The position numbers were made by a program, and so were the translations under genes. DNA of 64,000 nucleotides from Elsinoe ampelina (lineage: Eukaryota): NCBI GenBank assembly GCA_010093995.1, contig ML992514.1, forward strand, positions 1-64,000. Reading direction: 5' to 3'. The first letter of the stretch is position 1, and each line of letters opens with the position of its first letter. Under the pieces are notes generated by a model, which worked only from the letters and a program-made list of their open reading frames with translations, had not been told where the DNA came from and searched no databases. Below, one piece after another: positions 9,960 to 22,387 of the stretch.

Positions 9960-10796
9960 ATGTCTAGCACACGTATGTCATTACCAACCGAGAACTGCTT
10001 CGACAAGCTCTTCCCATGCAGCACTCTACTATCATCCATACCGACTCCAACGGCCACGGCAGCATGCAACGTCCCGAACCCAATCCTGAAGCCATTCAAT
10101 GGTGAACTACCAGGCTACCAATGGCCCATCGCCAAATCAATCAAAGGCTTCGTCTGCATCACACCTCCCAGAGGCGACTACTCCTCTTCATCGCGACTGA
10201 AGAACTGCTGTTCCAAACCGCTCATTAGTGTCACCAACACTACAAAGCCTGACGACATCAGCTACCCAGCAACCTGCGTCAGCTGGTGTCTCGTCAACGC
10301 CACCTCTGCTCTGCCCCCGGTACCCAAAGACAACGAGTTCCCTGCCGACGACCTCTTCAAATGTATGAACCCGGACCCAGCAGACTGGAAGATGGAGAAC
10401 GGCTATGTCTATTCGGACCAGGACTCGGAGCTGCTTTGCGACTGGGTAAATGATCCCAAGGGCAAGGAGGAATGGCAGTCCAAGTACGACGAACGACTCG
10501 ACCTTCTCCGGCAAGCGGACGAGACGATGAGCGGCAAGTGGATCAAACCGACCGACGCCTCGAGTTTGACAAACTCATCTTCTTCCGACAACAGTACAAC
10601 ATCAACGACAGAAACATGGAGCTCAAGACTGCCCTTTGCAACGGCGCCGCTGGACGCGACCGGGTCTGTATTTGCGAGCACCACGAGAACGGCGGCGGCT
10701 GGAAGCCCGACAGGCGCAGCGAGCAGGTCTGTGAGTGCAGGCGCATTAATGGTCGTGCTTCCACTGGTGTTCTCGGCCATGGTGTTGTCATTATAA
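9960..10796 (+). CDS. Cys-rich, Ser/Thr-rich protein with C-terminal GPI-anchor-like signal
   Basis: 278-aa ORF with several Cys, an S/T stalk and hydrophobic tail GAASRSVSAGALMVVLPLVFSAMVLSL. No clear N-terminal signal peptide. Confidence 0.75.
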   Translation: MSSTRMSLPTENCFDKLFPCSTLLSSIPTPTATAACNVPNPILKPFNGELPGYQWPIAKSIKGFVCITPPRGDYSSSSRLKNCCSKPLISVTNTTKPDDISYPATCVSWCLVNATSALPPVPKDNEFPADDLFKCMNPDPADWKMENGYVYSDQDSELLCDWVNDPKGKEEWQSKYDERLDLLRQADETMSGKWIKPTDASSLTNSSSSDNSTTSTTETWSSRLPFATAPLDATGSVFASTTRTAAAGSPTGAASRSVSAGALMVVLPLVFSAMVLSL

Positions 10797-10967
10797 AGCC
10801 ACGATATTCTGGCGATCATTCAAAAGCGATATCATGTATTTATGAGTACACAAAAATGTATAATATCAACAGACTCCGCCTTGGAATCAACGCCATACCG
10901 TCCGATAGCAATGATACCACGACCACGGAGCTCAACGCCACTACAAGCTCCCCAAGCACTCCAGCCC

Positions 10968-11460
10968 TTAGTTCTTGCAATACCCCTTCAGCTTAGCCTT
11001 CGTGCTCTCCCCACGGCACTGCGCATTCCACGAATCCCCATCAATCCCCATCGACGCCGAGTGGCACGGATCGCCTTTGACGCCCGGCCAATCCGGGGCT
11101 TTGTTGCCGTCAACAGCACCTGTAGACGTCAGTCAGGAATATTCCCTCCTTATATCCCAGGGTATCCTCACAGTCTTTGCACGGCCTGCTGGTCTTGTAC
11201 TTATCACACGCCCTCTTGGTGGCTTCGGGCCAGATGGTCCAGTCGTAGGTACCCTCCTGAGGATCATTAGTGGCTGGGGAAGCCGGTAGGGAAGGGCAGC
11301 ATACCTCGTACTCGGCGACTGCACACCAACAGTGGCCGTGATGAGCGGCTGTGACCATGCCGAGGCGTCCGAATCACGGTGAGTATGCTGGATGATGGAC
11401 GGTTGGGGGGGGCAAGGGACACGGCATGAGGGCAGCGAAGAGGGTGGTGGACAACTTCAT
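10968..11460 (-). CDS. Small secreted Cys-rich effector candidate (KP6/AvrLm6-like motif pattern), 4 exons; first intron lacks canonical splice sites
   Basis: MKLSTTLFAAL..GMVTAAHHGHCWCAVAEYE|EGTYDWTIWPEATKRACDKYKTSRPCKD|CAVDGNKAPDWPGVKGDPCHSASMGIDGDSWNAQCRGESTKAKLKGYCKN*. Introns 2 (GTATGC..CTAAT..CAG) and 3 (GTGAGG..CTGAC..CAG) are canonical. Confidence 0.7.
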
Positions 11461-11821
11461 TTTGGCGGTGATGAGTGGTTCGAGACGATCTGTGATGAAA
11501 CAAGTAGACCTGATGTGTTTGAGGCGATTGGTGGTGGTCATTTTCGAGAGGATACTCACGTCTACTTACAGCTTTGCTCGCCTCATTTGTCTCCATCTGG
11601 ACAATGGCACGTATTTCTAAGTCAAATTCCAGAATGAGGGCAGCAACAAGAATTGATGCTGTATAGTTGGTAGGGCATAAACTTCGAGACGCAGAGCCGC
11701 AGATTTGACCATCCCGTCCCTGGTTCACTGTGCTATATAAAGCACGTTCCCCATGTCTCACGACGGGTCGGACATTTTACACCCTCTTCGACCCAGACTG
11801 CTGTCTCTACCGATGGAACTA

Positions 11822-12141
11822 CAGTCAAAGTTGACTATAGTGATATACTGTACAGTGATATGCTGGCTGTAGTGATAAAAATCTCTAGACAGTCCGGATT
11901 TTGGTGCTTATAGTGATAAAGCTAGCTGTAATAATAGTGATACGTGTTTAGCTTTCTAGTATAGAGGCCTAGGCGTTTCTTGCCAAGATCGCTGTCAAAA
12001 CCTTATTTTGCCATTAGACTAAGCCTAAAACGGCAATTTAGGGCTCACGAAAGCCGCCAAGGCTCCTAGATATAGTGATAATCTGGTTATAGTGATAAAA
12101 AGGTGTCAGACAAAAGGCATCACTATAGCCAGCTTTGACTG
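11822..12141. mobile_element. 320-bp MITE of Tc1/mariner type
   Basis: TIRs CAGTCAAAGTTGACTATAGTGAT / ATCACTATAGCCAGCTTTGACTG (2 transition mismatches). TA target duplication at 11820-11821 and 12142-12143. Repeated internal TAGTGATA motif; no ORF. Confidence 0.92.
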
Positions 12142-12335
12142 TATTTCTCTCAAGCGTTCGTGACTCCAGATCGACTAACGGGAAACAATCCCCAAATCAT
12201 CACTGGGTGACATATTCCACTTGCGGTCTCGGTTCGAACGTGACACTGGTGGAGGCTCCTGGGACATCAGCCCTTGCGCGCCAAGGACAGGTTCCACTGC
12301 CCGCTTGCACGGACAAGACACATTTCAATCCCCCC

Positions 12336-14455
12336 TCACAACGACAAAGGCTGCTGCCCGGCCCTCGACAAGCCCTCGTACCCAGCCTCCCCCTTGCCTT
12401 GTCCCTCCCTCCCAACAACCACCCAATCCTCCACCACCGCCGTCCCATCCCTGATCCACCCCTTCTCCTCCTCCGAACAACCCCCCGGCGCAAGCACATA
12501 ACAAATCCCCTCCGGACTCGGCAGAACATCACTCTTCATCCACCACGCACTATCCGGCCCCTTGGTCGCATACGCCTTCTCCCTCGCCGTATCCACCTTA
12601 CCCGTCGCGATATCCCGATTCGTCAATCCCCGCATGAACATCTTCCACGCGGCTTCAGGCTGGTAGCTCGGCACCAGATGACCAGCCTGGTAGACGCGGG
12701 TGAAGCTGAAGTTGCCAAACTGCCTCGTCTGGCCGTGGGATTGGGTGTAGGGAGCGCCGGTGACGACGAGAGGGGCGTACCCCGCGGCTTGGAAGTCGGC
12801 TTGGTGTTTCCAGGGGATTTTGAGCGACGAGGCTTCCCCGCCGAGCCAGTTGCAGGCGAAGTCGCGGTCGCCGTAGAGGAGGTGGACTTTGACGCCGTGG
12901 TCGAGCACGAAGGCGATGTCTTCGAGTTGGTGTCCGCGGGCGTGGTCGCCGGTCGAGTGGAATGCTTCCCAGACTTTTTCGGAGAATGCGGAGTGGTTGA
13001 CTGGGACGCCGAGGGCGGATTGGACCCAGGCTTGGTTGAGGAAGCCGTTGAGGTAGGGTGGTGGGAAGGAGTCGGCGTACAGGTGGGTGATGTCGAAGCG
13101 GCTGTGTTTGCCGCTTTCGGAGTAGGTGTTGTCGGTCATGTTACTGACGTAGTTGGAGGCGGTGCGGCAGATGGCGTTGACACGGGCGGTGCCTTCGTAG
13201 TCGTCCGGCGAGGTCTCACGGTCGAGACGTTGGCATTCCTTGAGTTGATCGACCATGCCGCCTTCTTTGTAGTAGTGATATTGAGCTCGGTAGTACTGTT
13301 CATCAGTGTATGCTTTGATGCCGTAAGTGTCATTCCATGGGAAGTCGATGTAGGAACGTGTCTGCTCTAGCTCGTCGATACAGCCTAAAGAGGTCAGCTA
13401 CATCCCTGCGCCCGCGGGGTATGAATACCGTTGATGATTCCGAGTGTGTCAAGATGCAAGTTGAAGCCATCAAGCTCTCCCTTGGCGATCTTCTCGTTTT
13501 GCTCGAGGAAAGTCCTGGCAAAGACTGGTCCATATCTGCCACCATAGCTGCGGACCAGTCAGCGAAGTCAACGGGATGTGGATGAGGGATCACACCTTTC
13601 TGTATACAGCGAGATCCGATCGTCATTGGGCTTGTAGCTTGGGAATCTAGAAAGGTCAGTGGATGCAGCTCTGGAGACAAATCTCACTCACTCTTGGAAC
13701 CACGTCTGAGCAAAGTGCCAGAAGGCGTGTGACGCATGCCTGGTGCTGTTCGCAGTGTAGCCTGACTGTTGACTACCAGTCGTGCCGACAAGGAAAGTGT
13801 TGTTCTGCTCGGGGATAGCCTCGCCATCTTCAAGCAGGGTAATCTTCTCCTCGAATGGACCAGTATCAGCCAGATCCTTCGTGACATTCGTGGCGGTGTC
13901 GTACTATCACTGTCAGCACGGAGATGCTTCATTGAGCAAGCGGCTTACTGAGTAGCCAACTTGGACAGGCTGATCGATGAACAGCAAATTTACTTCATTG
14001 TTCCACGACCACGGGTTCAGATACGTGCTGTTTGAATCGTTGCCAACAAAGCAGGGTCCATTTTCAGTGAGAGCGCCCATCAAGGACGAACCACCAGGTC
14101 CGCCATTGAGCCAGATAGACAACGGCGCATTGGCCGGATCCTTTCGAGACTCGAAGAACCAGAAGAAGGTATTGATGGGATAACTTTGGTTCTCATGCTT
14201 CTCATTCAGCGAATGTGGTGGCAGATGAACGTAACCGCTGTAAGACTTGACGCCTTTCGTGGTCTCACAGACATTGGACTGATACTTATTAGCAATGTAT
14301 CAAGCATCACTGCCGCCTAGACTTACCTCTTTGTACGAGATCTTGACACCAGCATGGTACTTCGACTCGACCTCCTTGACACCAGTTCGAGGTGGCGGGA
14401 ATTGTGCCGAGGCCAGCAATGGCAACAACGACACCAATAAAGATAGAACACCCAT
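12336..14455 (-). CDS. Secreted serine carboxypeptidase (peptidase S10), 6 exons
   Basis: Signal peptide [45 protein letters not shown] across an intron; [21 protein letters not shown]. Confidence 0.93.
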
Positions 14456-14700
14456 GATGGCAGCACGTGAACGAACAAGCTTCGTGTGTGAACAAGGACG
14501 ACAAGCACTCCAGCCAAAGCAGAACCCCCACTGTCGCTTCTCATAATCACGACTTCAAACCTCTCCCCGCTATCGTGCCGACTCCCGGATATGGGTGCGC
14601 TTAAGCCAGCGCTAGCCGGGAGGGAGGCCTGGCTCACCAACATGTCGATCACAAAAGAGAGGAAGGTCACAAATTCATAGGTAATCATGTCTCATATCCA

Positions 14701-17700
14701 CTACCTCCGTCGCTCATAAAACACGATATATGCCATCTCGTTTCCCAGCCCGGCTCTGTCCCCAATGCGCTCGGGATCAAAATCCTGAGTCAACGTATCG
14801 TTGTACTGTCGCCAACATCTTCTCGCCCTGTCCCTTGCGAGACATGTATAATGTCCACTACTCATCGTCGTTCCGATATGTCGCATGACAGCGTACGCAT
14901 CGTATAGGTAAGGCGGGGTCATCGTGGCGTCCGTCTTGAGCTCTGCAGGCCCAAAGTCGCGGACGATGATATCCCGCTCCACGCTCTGTGGTTGGGGCAG
15001 CATGTATGGCTCGAGATCGAGGTTCTCGAGAGGGAAGTCGATCGGAGTGCGGACCTTCTTTGCTGAGCCTTCTTTGCCTGCCGCGAAGCGCTTGAAGTGT
15101 ACAACCAGGTATTGAGGGGCACGGGTAATGGTGATCTGCTTGGAAGCTTCGCGTTGTTTCTTACAGCGTGGGCATTTCCACATCTCGTCGGAAGATAGCA
15201 TCTCCTCCGCACAGTATGATTTGAGACATTCTTGGATAGTGCTCTTCCCGGATCGAGGAATTTCGACTGATATACTGTAAAAAGCTTCGTAGGTGGTCGA
15301 GGTAAAGTGGCACTTTGTGCATTTCAGCCGGGAGGCATGCTGACCTGCAAATAGATTGGTGAGGTAAGATTGCTCGCGGTGAGTGTAGCGAGACCATTCT
15401 GTCTTGCTGACGACGAGCTTGGGCTGTTTCTCCCGCTCAATCTCTTGTTCTTCCGTCAGAGCTCGGAGTGGCGTCCGCGACCAATTTGCGTTGAGATCTT
15501 CATGAAGGCAGTCGAGAAGGAAGTCGAGGAACTCCTTGGCGTCTTGCTGTCTATCGATCCCCCATTCCCGATTCAGGCGGGCGCAGAATGCGCGAAGAGT
15601 AGAAGGACGGATCGCCTCAACGTCTCCTTTCCAGATGCTGCGGGTAAGATTGGCAAATAGATCGGGAAGTACACCTTTGCTTCCCTTCCAGTTGTCTCGT
15701 TGCACAAACGCTTTGTACTTGTCGTCGAGAAAGAAGGAAGACAGAGGTAATGTCGCTGACAGTGCCTGTATCGTCGAGTTCATGTAGCAAGTGACTCCAA
15801 AGTTGACCAAACCTGTCCGCGGTAGCCGCAAATTTGATGGTTGGAGATGATGTGGTACATAGGCTGGCAGCTCAGCTGATTTGGTCATGGAGACCGACCT
15901 TTCGTTAACGCCACTGTACGACATCCGTGGAGCTGCTGGAGCTGGCCGTTTCGGGACAGTCGGTAGAGGTGGTACAGGTGGTGCTTGTTGCATAGGTGGA
16001 GATGACCGCGAAGGTGGCGGCGGAGCAGGATATTCGGGTATCTTTGGTGGTCGGGCAGGTTTTCGTGCTTCTTGATATTCAGACACCACAGGTTGGCCCA
16101 GAGTTGCAGCATCCGGGAAGCGACGATTAAACTCATCGATGATCTCCTCATCCACAGGTCCTTCTTCTTCTTGAATGCTCGGTCGTGCTTCCACCACCAC
16201 ACTTTCTTTCCTAGCCCGTTCCCTCCACTTCTGCTCTTCTTCTGCATCCAATGGGTTATAGTCTCGTAATCGCCGTTTGTAATTCTGTATCCGTTGGCTG
16301 GCGTCTGGTACTGTCGACCGCCTCATAGGCCTAGCATTCCGCATCATCTCCGCGGTATTCGACGTCTTCAACGCTTGATTGCCCACAAGATCGCTCCAGG
16401 CATCCACGCCACCCATCAGTAGAATCGGTGGTCGCTGCAATGGCTTCTCGCTGTACTCGAACAAGGCTTCGTGCAAATACCGGAGGCTGTAATCCTCGTG
16501 CGTTTGTGGATTCCTAAGATACTGATCCGATGAAGTCGAAGCATCATAGTACACCACGAGGTCGAATTTGTCCCTCAGCGCGAACAATTCCTGCTCGTTG
16601 TCGGGCGACAGAACCAACGAGTCCTGTAATTGCTCGGCCGACATATCCTTCCGAAGGGCGGTCGGCTCTACACAAATGATCGACGCAGCATAGATGTGAC
16701 CATTGTCAAACTCCTCTCTGCTCCGACAATCGATCAAGAGGACGCTGTGCATTTTGAGATAGTCGTACAGCTTCTCGGCTCCAACGCGAGTCTCCTTTGG
16801 AAGATAGACCGACTTTCGCCGCGGCATGTGCCCATTTGCGGATGGTCTTGTAAAATATCCAGAGTCATCCCCACCCGGCGGGTGATTTATTGAGACAGAT
16901 GATGCGACCGAGTTCGATCTTCCGCCAGTACCGACCATACTCCTTGCGCTACTTCGAGGGAGGTCGATATCTCCAGAGATTTGCATATTTCGTGCTGGGG
17001 AGTACGCAGGTGTCGGCGGTTGTGGCATCGCTGCCGCGACTTGGGCGTCCAGTGATAATACTCCATTCATCTGCTTGTATCCTCCTCCATTCATGGCTCT
17101 CGGTCCGTTCGGTTTCGTGGGACTACGCATATCGTAGTTGCGGAAATCGACTGGTGACTGCACGCGACTCGACGGAGACATCTGAGACTCCCTAGACTGC
17201 GTTCTTGCCAGATTCGTATCAATCGTAGGAGCCATTCGCAGCTTTGCGAAACGCTCGCTCAATGCATCACTTGGTCCATTCGATCCATTTATTTCACCGC
17301 TCAAGGGTCTCGACCTCAGTTCGGCAGGCTTATCTGACACAGGAGGTTTCGGCGGTCTAATCGGAAGCCCTTGTATATCTCCGTTGCCATTGATTGGAGA
17401 ACCCACGATCTCGAAGGTCGCTCCTTGTGGCATGGGCGGACTGGTTGGCTTCGGACCCGGCGTGAGGGAAGGAGGTAGTCTCGGAAGTGTGTTATTCCGT
17501 CTATTATCATTCTCGATTATTTCCTTGACATTCGTGAATTGCTCTTCCCGGCTTGTCAATCGCTACGTGACATTAGCGAACGTCCTCCAAATTCGCGATC
17601 CTGCTTACCTTGATGAGATGATTGTACCTCGAGAACATGGGTCCTTTGCTATTCTTGAAAGTCGGAAACCCAGGATTCTGGTATATGTAATTGACCAATA

Positions 17701-17992
17701 TCTCGTAACATCGCAAGTACTCCAGATATGCCAGGTCCGGTCGCCGGTATTCGAGCAAGGTAACAGCCTGTCGTAACGAGTTCTCCGCCGCGGTAACCAT
17801 GTGCGATATTGACTGGTTCTTGTCCAACCCCTCAAGCGCCCTCTCTTGAAGATCTTGGATATGCGCTAGCGGTTGATTCGACTTGCTCGAACTGGCACTT
17901 GTCGTGCTGCCATTGCTAAGACGAGCGCTGTTGCGTTCGCTACCCGGCTGCAGGTGATGTGGGCCCCCGGATGGAGGTGAAGGCAGGCTCAT
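14701..17992 (-). CDS. DOA4: Doa4/USP8-like ubiquitin-specific protease (N-terminal helical domain, rhodanese, USP domain), one intron near 17565-17609
   Basis: GLVNFGVTCYMNS Cys box, QQDAKEFL, HIGTTMSSGHY His box, rhodanese-like LLIDCRSREEFDNGHI. Confidence 0.9.
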
Positions 17993-18549
17993 CTTTGCGG
18001 ATGAGTATGGTGAGATGACTTCCTCATGTCTGATTTATCGCTCGCCTTATCCAGAGGCGGTTGATCGTAGTCTCTTGCGAGTGTTTGTTCAAGATGATCT
18101 GACTCGTGACGAAGATCTCAGGGGTCAGATTGTGTCAGATGTTTCCGATAGTGCAGTATCCTGACAAGTCCGTGGTATAGATCGTTAGGTTTTGAACCAG
18201 GTAGTCGGCCAAATCGTATACTAGGCGCTCGCATTCGAGATGTGCTCAGCCAAGATTGAAGCTGCGGCTCCAGTTTGTTCGGGCGTCGGCCATCAAATGA
18301 CGTTGGCCGTGGCGCTGCGGCTCGACAGAGACATGATCAGCCACGTGTGAGAAAGGGCAAGAAATAGGGTCACCAGCATGTGGATGCAGTTCAAGATTTG
18401 GCATGAAGTATCGTGACCGGACAATACTTATGCGAGCAATATCATTCTGTTATTAATTTACATGTTCTTCAATTTGAACAATAAATGTTGACCAGCAGGC
18501 ATCGGGGCAAGACTACACGACATCCGACCATTTTCTCGTGTTGCCGCGG

Positions 18550-18567
18550 GACGCGCTTTGTCGCGTC
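18550..18567. promoter_or_regulatory. MCB-like CGCG elements upstream of ECO1
   Basis: GACGCG and TCGCGTC 70-90 bp upstream of the ATG. Confidence 0.45.
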
Positions 18568-18636
18568 TCCCATCACTTTTTTGCTACTGTCCTGCACTTC
18601 AAATTCGACAACCTGTCGCAATTGCACCATGGAATC

Positions 18637-19794
18637 ATGGCCGACTTGCCAAAGAAGTCGCGTGTGCTCAAGACATATTCACGAGCACACAAGCGACAAA
18701 CACTGGACGAGAGAGAAGCCGGTATCACGAAGAGAAGACGAGTCGAAGACGAGGTGCCAGTAGCGAAACCAAAACCACGTCCATTTTCGACTGTCGATGC
18801 ATGGCTGCGCAGCTCGCGACCTGCTACACCTATCACACAATTGTCATCTAGTGGAGATGATGTATTCTCGGACTCCCCGCTGGATGCGACCGTAGCTACC
18901 CCTCCATCCTCTCCACCACCATTTCTCCCCGAGTCGACACGCGAGCAAGAGCAGGGTGAAAGCGGATGGCTGAAGACCACGTCCATATTGACACCGCTGA
19001 GCAACAATATCCAGCGCGCTTCCGTCGTATCTACCAAGAGTAAACCTCTTGAGACACCGCTGGTCCAGATGCAGATCAACCTCGGTTCAAACCTACAAAA
19101 GACATGCAAGGACTGCGGCATGACTTTCGTGCGCTCCGACCCAGGCGACGTAGCTCTCCACAACAAGTACCACACAAGGAACATGGACGGCGTGGACCTT
19201 GGAAAGGCCTTCCGAAAGTGGGCGGACACGAATGCTCTGTGGAAGGGGTCGGAAGGGCGCCTGATGGTAGTGGTAGACGGCGTGTGTAAGAGCTTCGAGA
19301 AGCGGAAGGCACGAGAGGTCCTGGACGTGGTGCAGACTGAACTTGGAGCAGTGGACATACCAGACTGTGATCTGTGGGCGGTGGAGGAGCACGGTGAGGA
19401 GGAGAAGGATGGCGGTCCTCGATATCGAGCATTGCTCTACATGGCTGGTCCAAGCTGCGTCGGACTTTGCTTGTCGAAGAGAATCGGTGAAGCTAGGGAG
19501 GTGATGTGTACGATAACAGAGGACGGGATCGAGGATCGACGACATGAGGAAGCATTGGCTGTCGCCGACGAATCCAGAACAGCTGACATCGGCATATCGA
19601 GGATTTGGACCTCCAAATCCCACCGCAAGGAGGGGATCGGCACGGCATTGCTGGACTGCGTGGCTCGATCTTTGAATGTAGATCGGTCCGTCCAGAAGGA
19701 GAAGATAGCTTTCAGCCAGCCTACCACCAGCGGAACAGCGCTGGCTCGGAAATGGTTCGGGAAACAGTACGGCTGGCTGATATACGTAGAATAA
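18637..19794 (+). CDS. ECO1: Cohesin acetyltransferase Eco1
   Basis: PIP-like QMQINLG, C2H2 finger CKDCGM..HNKYH, GISRIWT..R..GI and IAFSQPT..G acetyltransferase motifs. Confidence 0.93.
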   Translation: MADLPKKSRVLKTYSRAHKRQTLDEREAGITKRRRVEDEVPVAKPKPRPFSTVDAWLRSSRPATPITQLSSSGDDVFSDSPLDATVATPPSSPPPFLPESTREQEQGESGWLKTTSILTPLSNNIQRASVVSTKSKPLETPLVQMQINLGSNLQKTCKDCGMTFVRSDPGDVALHNKYHTRNMDGVDLGKAFRKWADTNALWKGSEGRLMVVVDGVCKSFEKRKAREVLDVVQTELGAVDIPDCDLWAVEEHGEEEKDGGPRYRALLYMAGPSCVGLCLSKRIGEAREVMCTITEDGIEDRRHEEALAVADESRTADIGISRIWTSKSHRKEGIGTALLDCVARSLNVDRSVQKEKIAFSQPTTSGTALARKWFGKQYGWLIYVE

Positions 19795-19817
19795 TGAGCC
19801 CACGAAATGATACCCAC

Positions 19818-20597
19818 TCAATCTTTCCGCTCGAGCTTCCAGTCCTTGCAGTCAAAGTTGGCATAGCATCTGAACTCGTTACTGAGTCCTTTGGAATGCT
19901 CTGGCAAGAACGTGGTCGTCTTGAGTCCAGTCTTGCCATACAGCTGATGAATTAAAGTCTCCATCCTCTCCCCAGTGCAGACAATGGCCTTCACGTCAGT
20001 CCAGGATTTGGCCATCCATCTCGCGGTCAGGGCCGTCTTTGCCTGGCAATCCTCGGACAGGAAAGGAGGATCGCATATGATCCGGTCGAATTTGCCCTTC
20101 AACGTTGAATCAAGCTTGAGTGGCTCTTGGAAGTCGTATCTTGCAAAATCAGCCTTGAAAACAGCAAACCGTTCATCAAACTCGAGCAATTTGATCTGTG
20201 GTCTTGACGGATATCGTCCATGGTCCTGTAGGAGCTTTCTCATGGCGACATAGACACTGGGCGCAGACACCACAGCGATTTGGGTCTCCTCTGTTGCACC
20301 CTCCAGGAGTTGTTCAGCCAAAGTGTTGGCCGTGGACTCGGTATACCAGAACTGTGATGCATTCCAGTCTTCACCAAACATGTCCATTGATACATCGGCA
20401 TTTTGGGAGAAGCCTTCTTCAGCGGCGGTTTTCAGGTCCTCGAATTGTTTCTGGCGAGCATCTCTCTCGCCGTAAAAATCTTGCAAGGCGGCTAGAGTCG
20501 ATGGATCGAGACGACTTGTTGATGTTAAAATCGTATTTCTTGCATCAATCACGATGAATACGTACGGGATTTCATCTTCATCATCTTCCATTGCCAT
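19818..20597 (-). CDS. EFM5: eEF1A lysine methyltransferase Efm5/N6AMT2, one intron near the 5' end
   Basis: EDWNASQFWY, VSAPSVY, LLEFDERF, DPPFLSEDC, GLSNEFRCYANF. Confidence 0.92.
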   Translation of the reverse strand: MAMEDDEDEIPYVFIVIDARNTILTSTSRLDPSTLAALQDFYGERDARQKQFEDLKTAAEEGFSQNADVSMDMFGEDWNASQFWYTESTANTLAEQLLEGATEETQIAVVSAPSVYVAMRKLLQDHGRYPSRPQIKLLEFDERFAVFKADFARYDFQEPLKLDSTLKGKFDRIICDPPFLSEDCQAKTALTARWMAKSWTDVKAIVCTGERMETLIHQLYGKTGLKTTTFLPEHSKGLSNEFRCYANFDCKDWKLERKD

Positions 20598-20915
20598 GAT
20601 TATGCTCAGTACTGCAGTAGTGGAATGGTCGGAAAAGTTGTACAGCTTCATCCACGATCGTCTCACACGGAATAGCCGAGGTACAGTACTATGTCGCAAT
20701 AGTCATCAGAGGAGCAACCAGCTTATTCTTTTCTATCTCTACATTGATTGTATATAACTGATAAGATTAAGAGACATCAATTCGCGGTAGTAGTTCCTCA
20801 TCCAATTCCTTGCACTTCGTTCCTAGCGTCACTTCATACCCAAGAATTGATTACTTGGGCAGGCGACAAAGACAGTGGCCAGTGAGTCAAGTACAAGTTC
20901 TGCATGTTCAAGAGA

Positions 20916-21845
20916 ATGGCATCAACACTTGTAAGCTTGCCGGATGTTGAGAGGCTGAGCCCTCGAGTAATTCGCATACTGGGTGGCAACCCTGGCAAGG
21001 TAAGCCCACCACTCTACGGTAATACGATAAAGCTAATACTCCAAGTACACATTACAAGGTACCACGACCCAAGTGCATCTTAGTCCCCGTCTGACACCCC
21101 AGGCACAAATACCTACCTAGTCGGCACCGGTCCCTCCCGTCTCCTCATCGACACAGCAGAAGGCAAACCCGCCTGGCTCACCTCTCTCAAACAAGTCCTC
21201 TCCTCGGAAAACGCCACCATCTCCCAAACCCTCATCACCCACTGGCACCCGGACCACGTAGGCGGCATCCCCGACGTCCTATCCCTGTTCCCCTCCTGCC
21301 CCATCCACAAACACCAACCCCGCGTCGGCGAGCTCAACATTGCCCACAACCAAACCTTCACCACACCCGGCGCCACCCTCCGCGCCTTCCACTCCCCAGG
21401 CCACACAGTCGACCACATGGCGCTGATCCTCGAGGAAGAAGACGCCATGTTCACCGGCGACAACGTGTTGGGCCAAGGCACGGCTGTCTTCAAGGACCTG
21501 AAGACGTACATGGATAGTCTGGAGAAGATGGGCGGGGCGTTTGGCGGACGGGCGTATCCGGGGCATGGGCCGGTGTTGGAGGATGGGAAGGGGAAGGTGA
21601 GGGAGTATATCCGGCACAGGAGGGAGAGGGAGGAACAGATCGTGGGGGTCATGAAGGGGGGGAGTGAGGGGAAGGAGGGCTGGGGGAGTATGGAGTTGGT
21701 GAAGGTGGTGTATAAGGATTACCCGGAGCATTTGCATGCGCCGGCGGAGGGGAGTGTGGTGCAGGTTTTGAAGAAGTTGGAGGTGGAGGGGAGGGCGAGG
21801 GTGGTGGATGGAGTGTGGAGTTTGGTTGATAGGGAGAAGCTATAG
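20916..21845 (+). CDS. LACTB2-type metallo-beta-lactamase; introns 21000-21045 and 21059-21102 flank a 13-nt micro-exon
   Basis: RVIRILGGNPGK|YTLQ|GTNTYLVG, THWHPDHVGG, PGHTVDH, FTGDNVLG, YPGHG. Confidence 0.92.
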
Positions 21846-22387
21846 AGGCTTCGTTGATATGGAGAGGTCGGTGTTACATGATGAATGTTGGCAAGTCTCG
21901 TATTATTGCAGCAATGGATAATCTCGATCCTGCAGCTCTACCTTTTACTAATATCGTACTGGAGGTGTGAAATCGTGCACGCAGGTTGACCTTGGTGCCA
22001 CATATTTTGGAGTCCCGCACTTGCCGACGGTTGCTAGCTATCAATATGGATGGTGTTGAGGAAGCAGTAGCATTCACAAGAGGATAAGCAATCGACGTTA
22101 CGCCTAGATCATCTGGAATACATGATCGAAAAGTACTCATCGGACATGCGTTGTGTTGAGAAAGGTTCGGGGGACGATCTTTTATCACGGAGTTGTTGAA
22201 TCTCCGGGGTGGAGGAACTCGTCAACCGCCTGCGCTGCATCCTCCGAGCATGGTGATGTCAACTCTTCCCTAGGTACCTTATCGCGCAACTCCAGAATAT
22301 ATCAAAAAGCTGCATTCTCCTTCAGATCAGACCATTCGCCCGCCTGAGGACCACGATCTCCAGCTAAGATCCAACCGCAAGATCAAC

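Noticed and set aside
11822..12141. Repeated TAGTGATA motifs as a CRISPR-like array
   Set aside because: Irregular spacing, enclosed by TIRs and a TA duplication; it is a MITE in a fungal genome.
12135..13370. 411-aa plus-strand ORF, and similar long antisense ORFs over UNG1, GT61, SKI3 and PTR2
   Set aside because: Shadow frames of well-supported genes, produced by biased codon usage.
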